Assembly (NCBI GenBank): GCA_028873295.1
Contig: JAGWKO010000001.1
Span: 19,409-83,408 of the forward strand
Source of the DNA: Verrucomicrobiota bacterium
Lineage (GTDB): Bacteria > Chlamydiota > Chlamydiia > Chlamydiales > SM23-39
Reading direction: 5' to 3'
Length of the DNA: 64,000 nucleotides
A program made the translations under genes and the position numbers. The first letter of the stretch is position 1. Each line of letters opens with the position of its first letter. Shown one piece after another: positions 48,240-58,127 of the stretch. A model generated the notes under the pieces. It worked only from the letters and a program-made list of their open reading frames with translations, was not told the origin of the DNA and made no database searches.

Positions 48240-49699
48240 TGTTTCTTGAACTGCAGATTGCCCTGCGCTATCTTGTTCCGCGCAGGCGTTCTCTCTCAAC
48301 TGCTCTAATCACACTTGTTTCCCTTTTTGTCATTTCCCTTGTTGTTTGGCTCACTTTAGTCTTTCTCTCTGTCACTCAGGGCATGGAAAAAAACTGGGTG
48401 CAAAAGCTGACTGCGCTGCATGCCCCCATTCGCATTTCCCCTACAGAGGCCTATTACACTTCCTATTTCTATCGCATTGACAGCATCGCTTCTGCTTCCG
48501 GATGCGCTCTAAAAACTATCGGTGAAAAGAGAGAGGCGCTGGAGTCTGACGCCTATTTGGAAGAGTGGGACTGGGAAATCCCGACGCATTGGCCTGCAAA
48601 AAATGTCGATGCGAAGGGGAGCCTCATCGACCCAGTGAAACGCATTTTTCAGGAACTGACGGCGCTCCAGGAGGAATTTCCTGGCATCGCCTTTCAAGAC
48701 TATGAGATCAGCGGCGCCCTCCTCCGTTTAACGATTCAGAGACCAAAAGAGGGCCCCTCCTACGTCTCGCAAATGACCTATCTCCTCTCATGGATGGATC
48801 AAAACCCTCATCTCTCTGACCTCTTGGAAGAGAGCAAAGGGCCAAAAGGAGAGGGGTTTCCGATTTTTCTCCCCAAAAGCTATAAAGAACAGGGAGTGAT
48901 CCCAGGCGCCAAAGGCTCCCTTCATTTTTCGGCACCGACACTGGGCGCCTCGGAAGAGCAAAAAATAGGCGTGCATGTCGCTGGCTTCTACGACCCTGGA
49001 ATTATCGCAACAGGACATCGCTCCGCCCTTGTACCCAAAGAGGTAACGCAGGCAATTGCCCTCAATCATCAAACCTTCTCTCCCGATGGAACGCCAACAA
49101 ACGGGATCTTCGTTTGGATTCCAAACCTCCAAAAAAGCAAAGAGATGAGAGAAAAAATCGAAGCACGTCTGGAGCAGGCGGGAATCTCCGATTACTGGAA
49201 AGTAGAAACTTATGAGGACTTTTCGTTTGCAAGAGAACTGTTGCACCAGTTTCAGAGCGATCGCGGACTCCTTCTGCTCATCGCCTCGATCATTCTGATC
49301 GTAGCCTGCTGCAATATCATCTCCCTTCTTGTTCTTCTCGTAAATGACCGCAAAAAGGAGATCGCCATTCTACAGGCAATGGGCGCCTCTTTCACTGCTG
49401 TCTCTTCCATCTTCGCGCTATCCGGCCTTGTTTTGGGAATGATCGGATCTCTCATCGGCACAGGAGCTGCGCTTCTCACTCTGCACTATCTCGAACCTCT
49501 TGTCGCCTTTTTGAGCAAGGTTCAGGGAAAACCCCTTCTTAACCCTGCCCTTTTTGGAGGGTCCCTCCCAAAAGAGCTTAGTGGCGAGGCTCTCTTTTTT
49601 ATTCTCCTCATCACTCCCCTGCTCTCTTTGGCAGCGGGCCTCATCCCAGCGCTCAAAGCAGGCAGAGTCCACCCCTCCCATGTATTGAGGACAGAATGA
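48239..49699 (+). CDS. lolC: LolC/E-family lipoprotein-release permease (MacB-like periplasmic domain + FtsX)
   Basis: N-terminal LELQIALRYL..RR, a large periplasmic loop and a C-terminal FtsX-like 3-TM block. Confidence 0.75.
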   Translation: MFLELQIALRYLVPRRRSLSTALITLVSLFVISLVVWLTLVFLSVTQGMEKNWVQKLTALHAPIRISPTEAYYTSYFYRIDSIASASGCALKTIGEKREALESDAYLEEWDWEIPTHWPAKNVDAKGSLIDPVKRIFQELTALQEEFPGIAFQDYEISGALLRLTIQRPKEGPSYVSQMTYLLSWMDQNPHLSDLLEESKGPKGEGFPIFLPKSYKEQGVIPGAKGSLHFSAPTLGASEEQKIGVHVAGFYDPGIIATGHRSALVPKEVTQAIALNHQTFSPDGTPTNGIFVWIPNLQKSKEMREKIEARLEQAGISDYWKVETYEDFSFARELLHQFQSDRGLLLLIASIILIVACCNIISLLVLLVNDRKKEIAILQAMGASFTAVSSIFALSGLVLGMIGSLIGTGAALLTLHYLEPLVAFLSKVQGKPLLNPALFGGSLPKELSGEALFFILLITPLLSLAAGLIPALKAGRVHPSHVLRTE

Positions 49700-50352
49700 A
49701 CCTCCAACTCAAAGCAGAAAAGATCACCAAAACATTTTCTGGAGCCTCCTGTCCCATTCTCAAGGGCATCTCGCTGGAACTGAAGTCTGGAGAGGCAGTT
49801 GCGATCAAGGGGAGGTCGGGCGAGGGCAAGAGCACGCTTTTGCATATCCTGGGAACACTTGAGGAGTGCGACAGCGGTAGCATCGAAATTGCAGGTGTAA
49901 CTGTTACAAAAAAAAACGCCCTCTCTTTAAGAAAAAGGTCTATCGGATTCATCTTTCAGGCCTTCTATCTTCTCGAAGAGTTCACTGCTTTGGAAAACGT
50001 TCTTGTACCAGCAGCGATCGATCGCAGAAAAAGCGACCGAAACTGGGGCCTTTTCCTTTTGGATCAGGTAGGACTTTTGGAACGCGCGCACTTTCCCGTC
50101 AAACTCCTTTCAGGAGGAGAGAGACAGCGCGTTGCCATTGCACGTGCTCTTTGCAATCGCCCCTCGCTCCTTCTTGCCGACGAGCCCTCCGGCAACCTCG
50201 ATGCAGAAAATAGCGCTGCTATAGGAAAGCTTCTTCTTTCTACGGCAAAAAGAGAAAACTGCAGTCTTCTCCTTGTCACTCACGACGCACATCTTGCCTC
50301 TCTTTGCTCGCGCACCTACGCCCTGCAAAACGGCCTATTGCAATCTGAATAA
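49696..50352 (+). CDS. lolD: ABC transporter ATP-binding protein LolD-like
   Basis: [17 protein letters not shown] and LLLADEP motifs. ATGA overlap with the permease gene. Confidence 0.85.
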   Translation: MNLQLKAEKITKTFSGASCPILKGISLELKSGEAVAIKGRSGEGKSTLLHILGTLEECDSGSIEIAGVTVTKKNALSLRKRSIGFIFQAFYLLEEFTALENVLVPAAIDRRKSDRNWGLFLLDQVGLLERAHFPVKLLSGGERQRVAIARALCNRPSLLLADEPSGNLDAENSAAIGKLLLSTAKRENCSLLLVTHDAHLASLCSRTYALQNGLLQSE

Positions 50353-50376
50353 TCTTCTTCTACGATTATAGCCAGA

Positions 50377-50979
50377 ATGAAGCGTCTTTTTGATCTCTTC
50401 TTTGCCCTCTTTCTTCTGATGCTCTTCTCTCCCCTCTTCATTCTCGCGCCGCTGCTCATCAAACTCTCCTCCAGGGGCCCCATCTTTTACTCGCATCCAC
50501 GCGTCGGAATTCATGGCAAACCTTTTGGCTGTCTCAAATTTCGCACAATGTATCCGGATGCTGAGAAGATGTTGCACAAGCTATTGCAAAACGATCCTGT
50601 GCTGAAAAAAGAGTGGGAAACTTACTATAAACTCAAAAAAGATCCGAGGATTACACCGGTCGGAAGATGGCTTCGCAAAACCTCTCTTGATGAAGTGCCG
50701 CAGATTCTCAATGTCCTCTTTGGAGAGATGAGCATCGTGGGCCCGCGTCCCTTGACGCAGGAAGAAGTGGTTCATTATCTCAAAGAGAAAGCAAAAAAAA
50801 TTCTCTCTGTCCGCCCAGGACTTACAACACTTTGGATCGTTAAAGGAAGAAATCAGTTCACTCTGGAAGAGCGCATCTCTTTAGAAGAGCTCTATGTGGA
50901 GCGACAATCTTTCTGGCTCGATCTCTCTTTAATTGCAAAAACAGCACTACGGGTTGTCTTTCCCAAAGGAGCGTACTAA
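50377..50979 (+). CDS. Polyprenyl-phosphate sugar phosphotransferase (Bac_transf family)
   Basis: KRLFDLFFALFLL..PLF, KFRTM, DE.PQ..NVL.GEMS.VGPRP. Confidence 0.8.
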   Translation: MKRLFDLFFALFLLMLFSPLFILAPLLIKLSSRGPIFYSHPRVGIHGKPFGCLKFRTMYPDAEKMLHKLLQNDPVLKKEWETYYKLKKDPRITPVGRWLRKTSLDEVPQILNVLFGEMSIVGPRPLTQEEVVHYLKEKAKKILSVRPGLTTLWIVKGRNQFTLEERISLEELYVERQSFWLDLSLIAKTALRVVFPKGAY

Positions 50980-52326
50980 TTGAAAATAGTGATTATTGGA
51001 ACTGGATATGTAGGACTTGTCACAGGAAGCTGCTTTGCAGAAATGGGACATCAGGTCTTTTGCCTCGACATCGATCAGGAAAAAATCGCCTCTTTGGAGC
51101 GCGGGATTCTTCCCATCTATGAGCCCGGATTGCAAGAGCTCGTGGATCGCAATAAAAAGCAGAAGAGGCTGCACTTTACAACAGACTATGCCATTGTACA
51201 GCAAGCGCCGATTGCCTTTATCGCTGTTCCAACACCCGCTTCTTCGACTGGCCGCTGCAATCTCTCTTATGTAGAGAGCGTTGCAAGAAAAATCGGCAAA
51301 GAGATCCTTGCACCGATTACTCTTGTTAACAAGTCGACTGTTCCTGTTGGCACAGCGGACTCTGTTTCAAAGTGGGTTCACGAGGAGATTGCAAAAAGAG
51401 GGCTCTCTTTTCGCTGCGATGTGGTCTCCAACCCGGAATTTTTAAAAGAGGGAGCAGCGGTGCAGGATTGCTTGAAGCCCGATCGCATCGTGATCGGCTC
51501 CAATGCAGCGCAAGCGACAGCTCTTCTTCGCGAGATTTACGCTCCATTTCAGATCAACAGCCAGCGCATGCTCGTGATGGATGTGCGCTCTGCAGAAATG
51601 ACGAAGTATGCAGCCAATGCGATGCTTGCAACGCGTATCTCTTTTATGAATGAGGTGGCGCGGGTTTGCGAAGAAGTAGGCGCCAATGTGAATGATGTCC
51701 GCCGAGGGATCGGTTCCGACGCGCGCATCGGCCCGAGCTTTCTCTACCCTGGCGTTGGCTTTGGCGGCTCCTGCTTTCCCAAGGATCTGCAGGCGCTGAT
51801 CGCTACTGCAGAAGAAGCGGGCGTTGATCCCCTTCTTCTTAAGGCAACCTCCCAGGTTAACTGCCTGCAAAAGGAGCGGCTTGGAGAAAAGATCCTTCGC
51901 TACTTTGCCATGAAGGGAGGCCTTGCAGGCAAAAAGATCGCCATTTGGGGACTCTCTTTCAAACCAGATACCGATGACATGCGCGATGCCCCCTCGCTTC
52001 ATCTGATCCAAACCCTTCTTGCAGAAGGGGCGTCTCTTCGCCTCTTCGATCCTGTTGCGATCCCCAATGCACAAAAGATGCTCGCACACTCCCCTTCCAT
52101 CGAATGGTGTCAAGGAGCTCAAGAAGCGGCAAAAGGAGTTGATGCTATCGCTCTTATCACTGAATGGAAAGAGTTTAGAAGTGTCGACTTCAATTCCATC
52201 TCAGCTGAGATGCGAGGGAAGGTGCTCTTTGACGGGCGCAATCAATACTCTGCAGAAGAGATGCAAAAAAGAGGTTTTGACTATATCTCTATTGGGCAAC
52301 AGGACTTTGTTTCACGAACCTCTTGA
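50980..52326 (+). CDS. ugd: UDP-glucose 6-dehydrogenase
   Basis: MKIVIIGTGYVGLV and GFGGSCFPKD motifs. TTG start immediately after the preceding stop. Confidence 0.9.
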   Translation: MKIVIIGTGYVGLVTGSCFAEMGHQVFCLDIDQEKIASLERGILPIYEPGLQELVDRNKKQKRLHFTTDYAIVQQAPIAFIAVPTPASSTGRCNLSYVESVARKIGKEILAPITLVNKSTVPVGTADSVSKWVHEEIAKRGLSFRCDVVSNPEFLKEGAAVQDCLKPDRIVIGSNAAQATALLREIYAPFQINSQRMLVMDVRSAEMTKYAANAMLATRISFMNEVARVCEEVGANVNDVRRGIGSDARIGPSFLYPGVGFGGSCFPKDLQALIATAEEAGVDPLLLKATSQVNCLQKERLGEKILRYFAMKGGLAGKKIAIWGLSFKPDTDDMRDAPSLHLIQTLLAEGASLRLFDPVAIPNAQKMLAHSPSIEWCQGAQEAAKGVDAIALITEWKEFRSVDFNSISAEMRGKVLFDGRNQYSAEEMQKRGFDYISIGQQDFVSRTS

Positions 52327-53143
52327 AACAGGGCTGCAAGCCCTTCTTCCTGCAGATGGGATATTAAGAGAGGCAAGCCACTATGCGCTCTTCCCTGGAG
52401 GCAAGCGACTGCGGCCCAAGCTGCTTCTTGCCTCCGCCCTTTCTTGTGGCGCTGAAATAGCGCAAGCGATCGATCCTGCCTGTGCGCTTGAACTCGTTCA
52501 CACCTACTCGCTCATTCACGACGATCTTCCCTGTATGGATGATGATGCAATGCGCAGAGGGAAGCCATCGCTCCACAAGGCTTTCCCGGAAGGGATTGCG
52601 CTTTTAACCGGGGATCTTCTTCTCACCCTTGCTTTTGAAACGCTCGCAAACGCCCCCCTTCTTGGTGAAAAGACAAAAATCGATCTCATCTCTTTAGTTG
52701 CGAAAGCTGCGGGAAGCTGTGGAATGGTAGGGGGGCAAGCGATCGATCTTCTCGGCGCCAGCGATGAAAAGGGGGTGATCGCCATGCACCGCGGTAAAAC
52801 GGCAGCGCTCTTTGCCGCCGCTCTTCAGTGTGGTGCAAGGATCGCCGAGTGCGACAAAGAGATTGTAGCTCTTTTTGGAGAGATCGGGGAAAAAATCGGT
52901 CTTGCCTTTCAAATGGAAGATGATCTGGCAGATGGGGAAGGAGCCCTCTTGATTCTTGGAAGAGAAGAAGTTGAAGCAAAAAAGGTCGGTTGGCAGCAGG
53001 ATGGGTTCAAACTGCTTTCTCAAGTTCCCTTCGATACAACTCTTGTAAAAAACTTACTCCAGGGACTTTTTGTAACCAGGAAGAAGAATCCGGCAAAGAG
53101 CGCATCAAGAACCCAGCGAAGTGGCCAATCCGCAGAAAACTGA
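52307..53143 (+). CDS. ispA: Polyprenyl diphosphate synthase (IspA/GGPPS-like), start uncertain
   Basis: LIHDDLPCMDDDAMRRG (FARM) and FQMEDDLAD (SARM). There is no ATG after the ugd stop, so TTG 52307 or 52292 is proposed. Confidence 0.7.
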   Translation: MFHEPLETGLQALLPADGILREASHYALFPGGKRLRPKLLLASALSCGAEIAQAIDPACALELVHTYSLIHDDLPCMDDDAMRRGKPSLHKAFPEGIALLTGDLLLTLAFETLANAPLLGEKTKIDLISLVAKAAGSCGMVGGQAIDLLGASDEKGVIAMHRGKTAALFAAALQCGARIAECDKEIVALFGEIGEKIGLAFQMEDDLADGEGALLILGREEVEAKKVGWQQDGFKLLSQVPFDTTLVKNLLQGLFVTRKKNPAKSASRTQRSGQSAEN

Positions 53144-53493
53144 GCTCCTTCACTTAAGAGAAAAAGAACAACAAACTGGCAAAAAGAAGAAAAGAGAGAA
53201 GCAAAAAGGGCATAGAGGGCAAAAGAGAGAGGACGGGAGAGGGAAAAAAGTTTTTGCATGCGCGAAAAGAGCGCAAGCGTTGCGACATAGGAGATCGCGT
53301 AGGTTCCCAGAGGATCATTCAAGAAGAGATCGAGAGTACATCCCAAGAGAGCTGCTATCCAAAGAGCGTGCTTCTTCTTTTCCTGAAAAATGAGAAGAAA
53401 GGGAAGATAGGGTTGAATCGGGACAGGAAAAAAGAGGATGAGCTGAAGGAAGAAGAAAAGAGTCGCAAAAAGAAAGGAAAAGAGGGTTGTCAT
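53020..53493 (-). CDS. Hypothetical multi-pass membrane protein (MreD-like size and topology)
   Basis: 157 aa with about 5 hydrophobic spans. ATGA-coupled to the galE stop. The family was not recognised. Confidence 0.4.
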   Translation of the reverse strand: MTTLFSFLFATLFFFLQLILFFPVPIQPYLPFLLIFQEKKKHALWIAALLGCTLDLFLNDPLGTYAISYVATLALFSRMQKLFSLSRPLSFALYALFASLFSSFCQFVVLFLLSEGAQFSADWPLRWVLDALFAGFFFLVTKSPWSKFFTRVVSKGT

Positions 53494-54461
53494 CGCGAAT
53501 GCCACTTCCAGGCAGAAGCGATCATATCGTGCAAACTCCTCTGGGGCTGCCACTGCAGCAACTCTTGCGCCAGGCGATGATCTGCGACAAGGCAAGAAGG
53601 CTCTCCTTCCCGTCGCTTCTCATAACGCAGGGGAACTTTTTTCCCACCCATCTCTTCCACAGCTCTGATCACGTCAAGAACGGAGTACCCTTGACAGGAG
53701 CCCAGATTGCAACAAAAACTCTCATTTTTTCTGCAAAGGCGCTGCAGAGCCGCAATGTGCACCTGCACGAGCTCCTCCACATGAATATAGTCGCGAAGGG
53801 CGCTTCCATCAGGAGTAGGAAAATCTGTGCCATAGACAACAAGTTCTTCGCGCTGCCCCAGAGCTGCCTGGATCGCGATGGGAACAAGATGTGTTTCCGG
53901 CGTATGATCCTCTCCAATTTCTGCCTCAAGATCTGCGCCGGCAACATTGAAATAGCGCAAAATCGCAGAGCGTATCCCATGCGCAAAGCCAAAATCGAAC
54001 AGGATCTCCTCCACCATCCTCTTCGACCTTCCATAAGGGTTAATCGGACGCTGCGGATGTGATTCATTGATGGGAACCTCTCCTGGTTGTCCATATGTCG
54101 CACAACTGCTGGAAAACACAATATGGGGAACCCCAAATTCGCGCATCACCTCAAGAAGAGAAAGAGAGGCAATCACATTATTGCTATAATATTTTCCCGG
54201 ATCACTGACAGACTCAACCACAAGAGCAGAAGCTGCAAAATGCAGCACAGCCTCTGGTTGATAGCGAAGAAATGCGTCCCGCAGGCTCTTGCGATCGGCA
54301 AGATCTGCCTGCACAAGAGGCCCCCACTTTACAGCAGAGGCGTGTCCCGTAGAAAGGTTGTCATAGGCAATAGGAGAAAATCCCGCTTTTGCAAGCGCTT
54401 TGCAGGCGTGGCTGCCAATATATCCGGCGCCACCAGTAACAAGAATCGATTTTGAGGCCAT
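53490..54461 (-). CDS. galE: UDP-glucose 4-epimerase
   Basis: ILVTGGAGYIGSH, YGRSK and DGSALRDYIHV motifs. The start is trimmed to ATG 54461. Confidence 0.9.
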   Translation of the reverse strand: MASKSILVTGGAGYIGSHACKALAKAGFSPIAYDNLSTGHASAVKWGPLVQADLADRKSLRDAFLRYQPEAVLHFAASALVVESVSDPGKYYSNNVIASLSLLEVMREFGVPHIVFSSSCATYGQPGEVPINESHPQRPINPYGRSKRMVEEILFDFGFAHGIRSAILRYFNVAGADLEAEIGEDHTPETHLVPIAIQAALGQREELVVYGTDFPTPDGSALRDYIHVEELVQVHIAALQRLCRKNESFCCNLGSCQGYSVLDVIRAVEEMGGKKVPLRYEKRREGEPSCLVADHRLAQELLQWQPQRSLHDMIASAWKWHSR

Positions 54462-54480
54462 GTTCCTGATGGCAAGAATA

Positions 54481-54918
54481 CTACGTTTCGTGAATAAGAG
54501 TATACCCTGCCTGTTGGTAGGAGGAAAATCGGAGCGCAGAGAGCGATTCCTTGCTTTGCGTAGAGTGATCTTCAAAATCGTAAATGATGCGAAACCCCGG
54601 GAGGAGAAGTGGAGTAGAGCAGAGATTGAACGCCCATTTCGCACCCGTGAGATTCTTTTTAACCCTCGTGATAGCAATGGGCTCACTCGAAGGCTCAGAC
54701 ACTATTTTGTGAGGAAGAAATCCCTCTGCGGGAAACTTCCAAAGCCACTCATCGATAAAGGCCTCCCCCTTTTCATCCTCGACAAAAATGAGAAATACCT
54801 CCTTTTTTTGAAAATGCAGACGACTCCGCTTTGCAATGTGAACAAGCTTTTCTTGCACGCTGCGTACGGAAAAATAGAGGATACGGCACGTAGACTTTTC
54901 AAAGGGTTTTTCGGACAT
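54481..54918 (-). CDS. holC: DNA polymerase III chi subunit-like protein
   Basis: 145 aa. FIDEWLWKFPAEGFLPH matches the chi LW.F....F.PH motif. Confidence 0.6.
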   Translation of the reverse strand: MSEKPFEKSTCRILYFSVRSVQEKLVHIAKRSRLHFQKKEVFLIFVEDEKGEAFIDEWLWKFPAEGFLPHKIVSEPSSEPIAITRVKKNLTGAKWAFNLCSTPLLLPGFRIIYDFEDHSTQSKESLSALRFSSYQQAGYTLIHET

Positions 54919-55543
54919 ATGTCTCTGGAAGAATCAGCCCACAGGAAATGAGATATTTAAACGCCTCTTCATTGGTCATCGCAACAGACTTCGTATCCTC
55001 TTTGGGAACAAAAAGAAGAAACCCGCTGATGGGATGGGGAACCGTAGGGGCAAAGACCGTCATAAGAGTCGCCTCTGTCTTGCTTTGAATCTCTTCAGTC
55101 ACTTCACCTGCCTCAAATCCAAGCGCATAGGTAGATTTTGATGGAAAAGGAAAAAAGAGCGGGCGTTTAAATGCTTTTTTCCCATCCGTGGAAAAGATGG
55201 CAGAGATGATGTCGCGACTCACCTGATAGATCGTCTTAACAAAGGGAATCCGAGAAATCACCCGTCGCACAAGAGTAAAGAGATTGCGGAAGAAAAACCA
55301 GCGAGCGATGAGGCCGAGCAAAAAGATCGTGATAACAAGAAGGATCAGCGCAAAAATACGAGAGAGAAAGAGATCTGTTCCCGCAGGAGGCTTAAACTGC
55401 AAACGAGTGGCCCCCCAGTGCAAAAGCTCTCTGACAAGAGGAAGTGCAGGCTCCGTGAAGAGATCAAAAAGAAACTGGATCACTACCAGAGTGAGAATGA
55501 CAGGAAGAAGAAGAAGCAGTCCTGTGATGAGGGATTTTTTCAT
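54899..55543 (-). CDS. DUF502 membrane protein
   Basis: MKKSLITGLLLLLPVILTLVV..PF....IY, then a C-terminal PTxPxPxSGF motif. ATGA coupling to the upstream paralog. Confidence 0.7.
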   Translation of the reverse strand: MKKSLITGLLLLLPVILTLVVIQFLFDLFTEPALPLVRELLHWGATRLQFKPPAGTDLFLSRIFALILLVITIFLLGLIARWFFFRNLFTLVRRVISRIPFVKTIYQVSRDIISAIFSTDGKKAFKRPLFFPFPSKSTYALGFEAGEVTEEIQSKTEATLMTVFAPTVPHPISGFLLFVPKEDTKSVAMTNEEAFKYLISCGLILPETYVRKTL

Positions 55544-56175
55544 TTTGGGTGCACCTCTCCTGGTTGAATGAGAGCGCAAGAGACAACATACTTGAATGCC
55601 GCCTCGCTCTCCATGCTCAAGGGAATCAAATCGCCCGTTTTACACATGACAAGAAAACCGCTTGTCGGATTGGGAGCTGTGGGAACAAAGACAGGAACAA
55701 GGTCTGCCGCCCCTCCTTCCGAAGAACCTGTTACCGCAGTGTCACTTGCAACAAGCCCCACCGCAAAACTGCCCGGATAAGGGAAGGGAAGTAAGACAAC
55801 CTGCTGAAATGTCTTTTTCTCTTCTGCAAAAAGAGAGTGAACGATCTCTTTTGCCGTTTTATAGATCTTGTTAATCAATGGGATGCGATGCAAAATTCGG
55901 TCGCCGAGGCGCAAAAGCGCCTGCAAAAAGAAAAAACGCGCTGTAAGACCCAAAAGAATAATAGCGAAGAAAAAAGCGATCAGGATCGCGATCTGACTGA
56001 TCCAATGCAGAGTCTCCGCCGAGACGTGCGCCGCAATGGTAGGCGACGATGCAAAAAGAGAAGTGACGATACCGAGAAAAGGCCTTGTCAAAAGATTCAT
56101 GAGGATAGAGAGAATCCAAAGAGTGATTGTCAGAGGAAGCAGCGTGACGAGGCCGGCAAAAAAGATTTTCTTCAT
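55540..56175 (-). CDS. DUF502 membrane protein (tandem paralog)
   Basis: MKKIFFAGLVTLLPLTITLWI..IPLINKIY..PTAPNPTSGF. Confidence 0.7.
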   Translation of the reverse strand: MKKIFFAGLVTLLPLTITLWILSILMNLLTRPFLGIVTSLFASSPTIAAHVSAETLHWISQIAILIAFFFAIILLGLTARFFFLQALLRLGDRILHRIPLINKIYKTAKEIVHSLFAEEKKTFQQVVLLPFPYPGSFAVGLVASDTAVTGSSEGGAADLVPVFVPTAPNPTSGFLVMCKTGDLIPLSMESEAAFKYVVSCALIQPGEVHPK

Positions 56176-58127
56176 TTCGATGCCCGTTTTATTCGCGGAG
56201 GATGCGTCACAGTCCAGTGCGCCTCCTGGAGAAGATAGTCGATTTGGGTAAGTCGGACGTAGAGCCCACTTCCTGCCTGAAAAATCTTTCCCGTATGCTC
56301 ACCGCAAAACCGCATCTTCTCCGCATCAAACTCATAGTAATCGTTTCCAATTTCTGAAACATGAAGAGACCCCTCAAGATCAAAAAGGGGAACCTCGAAA
56401 AAGAGAAAGTAGGGCTTGACGCGGCTGACTACTGCAGGATAAACCCGTTCCGGCTCACTTGTAAAATAGGTCTCTGCAAGGCGCAACTTCTTAAGGCGCA
56501 CCACGGAACTCTCCGCACGGAAAGAAAGGCGCTCCTTCTCTGAACAGCGCTCGGCAACCTCATCAAGAGAAAGAGAAGCAGGCTCCTCTTCAAAAAGAAG
56601 TCTTTGAATCACAAGATCGCTATATCTGCGAATAGGGCTTGTAAAATGACAGTAATGCTCCAGAGCCAGCCCATAATGCCCGATATTATCAGGCGAGTAG
56701 GCTGCAAGGCGCATGCTTCTGATAAAACTTACAGAAAGCTGAGACAACAGAGGCGAATCCTTTGCTTCCTTGAAGAGATGCTGGACATCCAGATGCGTTG
56801 GCTTCGGAGGCAAAGAGAACCCGAGACTGCGCGCAAAGCCAAAAAAATCGCTAAACGCTTCATCGCGAGGCTCGTCATGGATGCGATAGATCAGACGTTT
56901 ACCGCGCTCGTTCAAATGAATTGCCACAAGCTCATTTGCCTTAAGCATGAACTCCTCGATCATCTGATGCGTGATATCATACTCGATCTCTTCAATGCAA
57001 AGAGGAGCCCCCTTCTTGTCCACTGCGATACGGCGCTCTGTCATCGAAAAGTCGATGCTTCCTCTCTCGAATCTCTTTTTTTTCAACAAACCGCAGAGAT
57101 GAACCATCCTTTGCAACAGTGGCGCATGGGAAGAGCGTTTTTTCTTTTCCAAAACAGCAAGCGCTTCCTTGTAGGTAAATCGCTTGGCGCTGCAAATACA
57201 GGTTCTTGCAATGCGATAGGAAATAAGATTTCCCTCTCCATCAAATTCTGCAAGAAGAGACTCCGCTAACCTCTCTACCTTCGGCTTGAGACTGCAAAGC
57301 TCGTTGGAGAGCGCCTCCGGCAGCATAGGAACGCACTCTCCAGGAAAATAGGTCGAATTGCAGCGAGAAAGGGCTTCTTTGTCGAGATGAGATCCCACTT
57401 TTACATAATGTGCGACATCGGCAATATGCACGCCGAGGTGAAAATGCCCCTGTTCATCCTGTGTTAGAGAGATGGCATCGTCAAAGTCTCTTGCCGTGTC
57501 AGGATCGATCGTGACGCACTCCTCTTTGGAGAGATCGAGTCTTTCCCTCTTTTCTGCCGCGGAGACTTTCCCTCCATAGCTCTTGGCTTCCTGGACAGCT
57601 TCTTCTGAAAAGGAGGAGAAAAGCTCAAATTCCGCAACGGCTGCCTTCACATCAATCGAAGGATCGGAGATATGCCCTATCCGCTCTAAAAGTGTGCCAA
57701 GGGCGCCTCCCTTGCCATCATCCCATGAGGAGATGTGACAAAGAATACGGTCTCCCTCAGAGATAGGCTCTTTTGTTTCAATCCAGAGGGGCTTCTCTTT
57801 GCCAAGAAGAGGCGCATAGATCTGATGGCGTCCATTCACTACGCGTTTTAGCACAATGCCCGCAAGCGAGCTGCGATTTCGCGCAATGATAGCGACAACG
57901 CTGCCTTCCGGGCCTTTAGGCGACACCTCTGCCGCAATGGAAACTTCCACCTCATCGCCATCCACTGCATGGAGCAGGCGCTGTTTTGGAATAAAGATAT
58001 CGGGCCCCTCTTCTCTTGACACAAAGCCAAACCCCTTAGGGTGAACAGAGAGTCTTCCGATTGCAAGGAGATTTTTGTTGTTTTTCTTATTTTGTCTTCG
58101 GGTGATCTTTTTTTTAGGTCTTTTCAT
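56172..58127 (-). CDS. rnr: Ribonuclease R
   Basis: Basic N-terminus, cold-shock-like HPKGFGFV, an RNB domain (DPDTARDFDDA) and a C-terminal S1 domain. Confidence 0.9.
   Translation of the reverse strand: MKRPKKKITRRQNKKNNKNLLAIGRLSVHPKGFGFVSREEGPDIFIPKQRLLHAVDGDEVEVSIAAEVSPKGPEGSVVAIIARNRSSLAGIVLKRVVNGRHQIYAPLLGKEKPLWIETKEPISEGDRILCHISSWDDGKGGALGTLLERIGHISDPSIDVKAAVAEFELFSSFSEEAVQEAKSYGGKVSAAEKRERLDLSKEECVTIDPDTARDFDDAISLTQDEQGHFHLGVHIADVAHYVKVGSHLDKEALSRCNSTYFPGECVPMLPEALSNELCSLKPKVERLAESLLAEFDGEGNLISYRIARTCICSAKRFTYKEALAVLEKKKRSSHAPLLQRMVHLCGLLKKKRFERGSIDFSMTERRIAVDKKGAPLCIEEIEYDITHQMIEEFMLKANELVAIHLNERGKRLIYRIHDEPRDEAFSDFFGFARSLGFSLPPKPTHLDVQHLFKEAKDSPLLSQLSVSFIRSMRLAAYSPDNIGHYGLALEHYCHFTSPIRRYSDLVIQRLLFEEEPASLSLDEVAERCSEKERLSFRAESSVVRLKKLRLAETYFTSEPERVYPAVVSRVKPYFLFFEVPLFDLEGSLHVSEIGNDYYEFDAEKMRFCGEHTGKIFQAGSGLYVRLTQIDYLLQEAHWTVTHPPRIKRASK

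Noticed and set aside
52019-52306. An upstream ATG-started extension of the IspA-like ORF (52019..53143 in the track).
   Set aside because: The extension lies out of frame within ugd, whose own frame is strongly supported. Homology to polyprenyl synthases begins only after about 52320.
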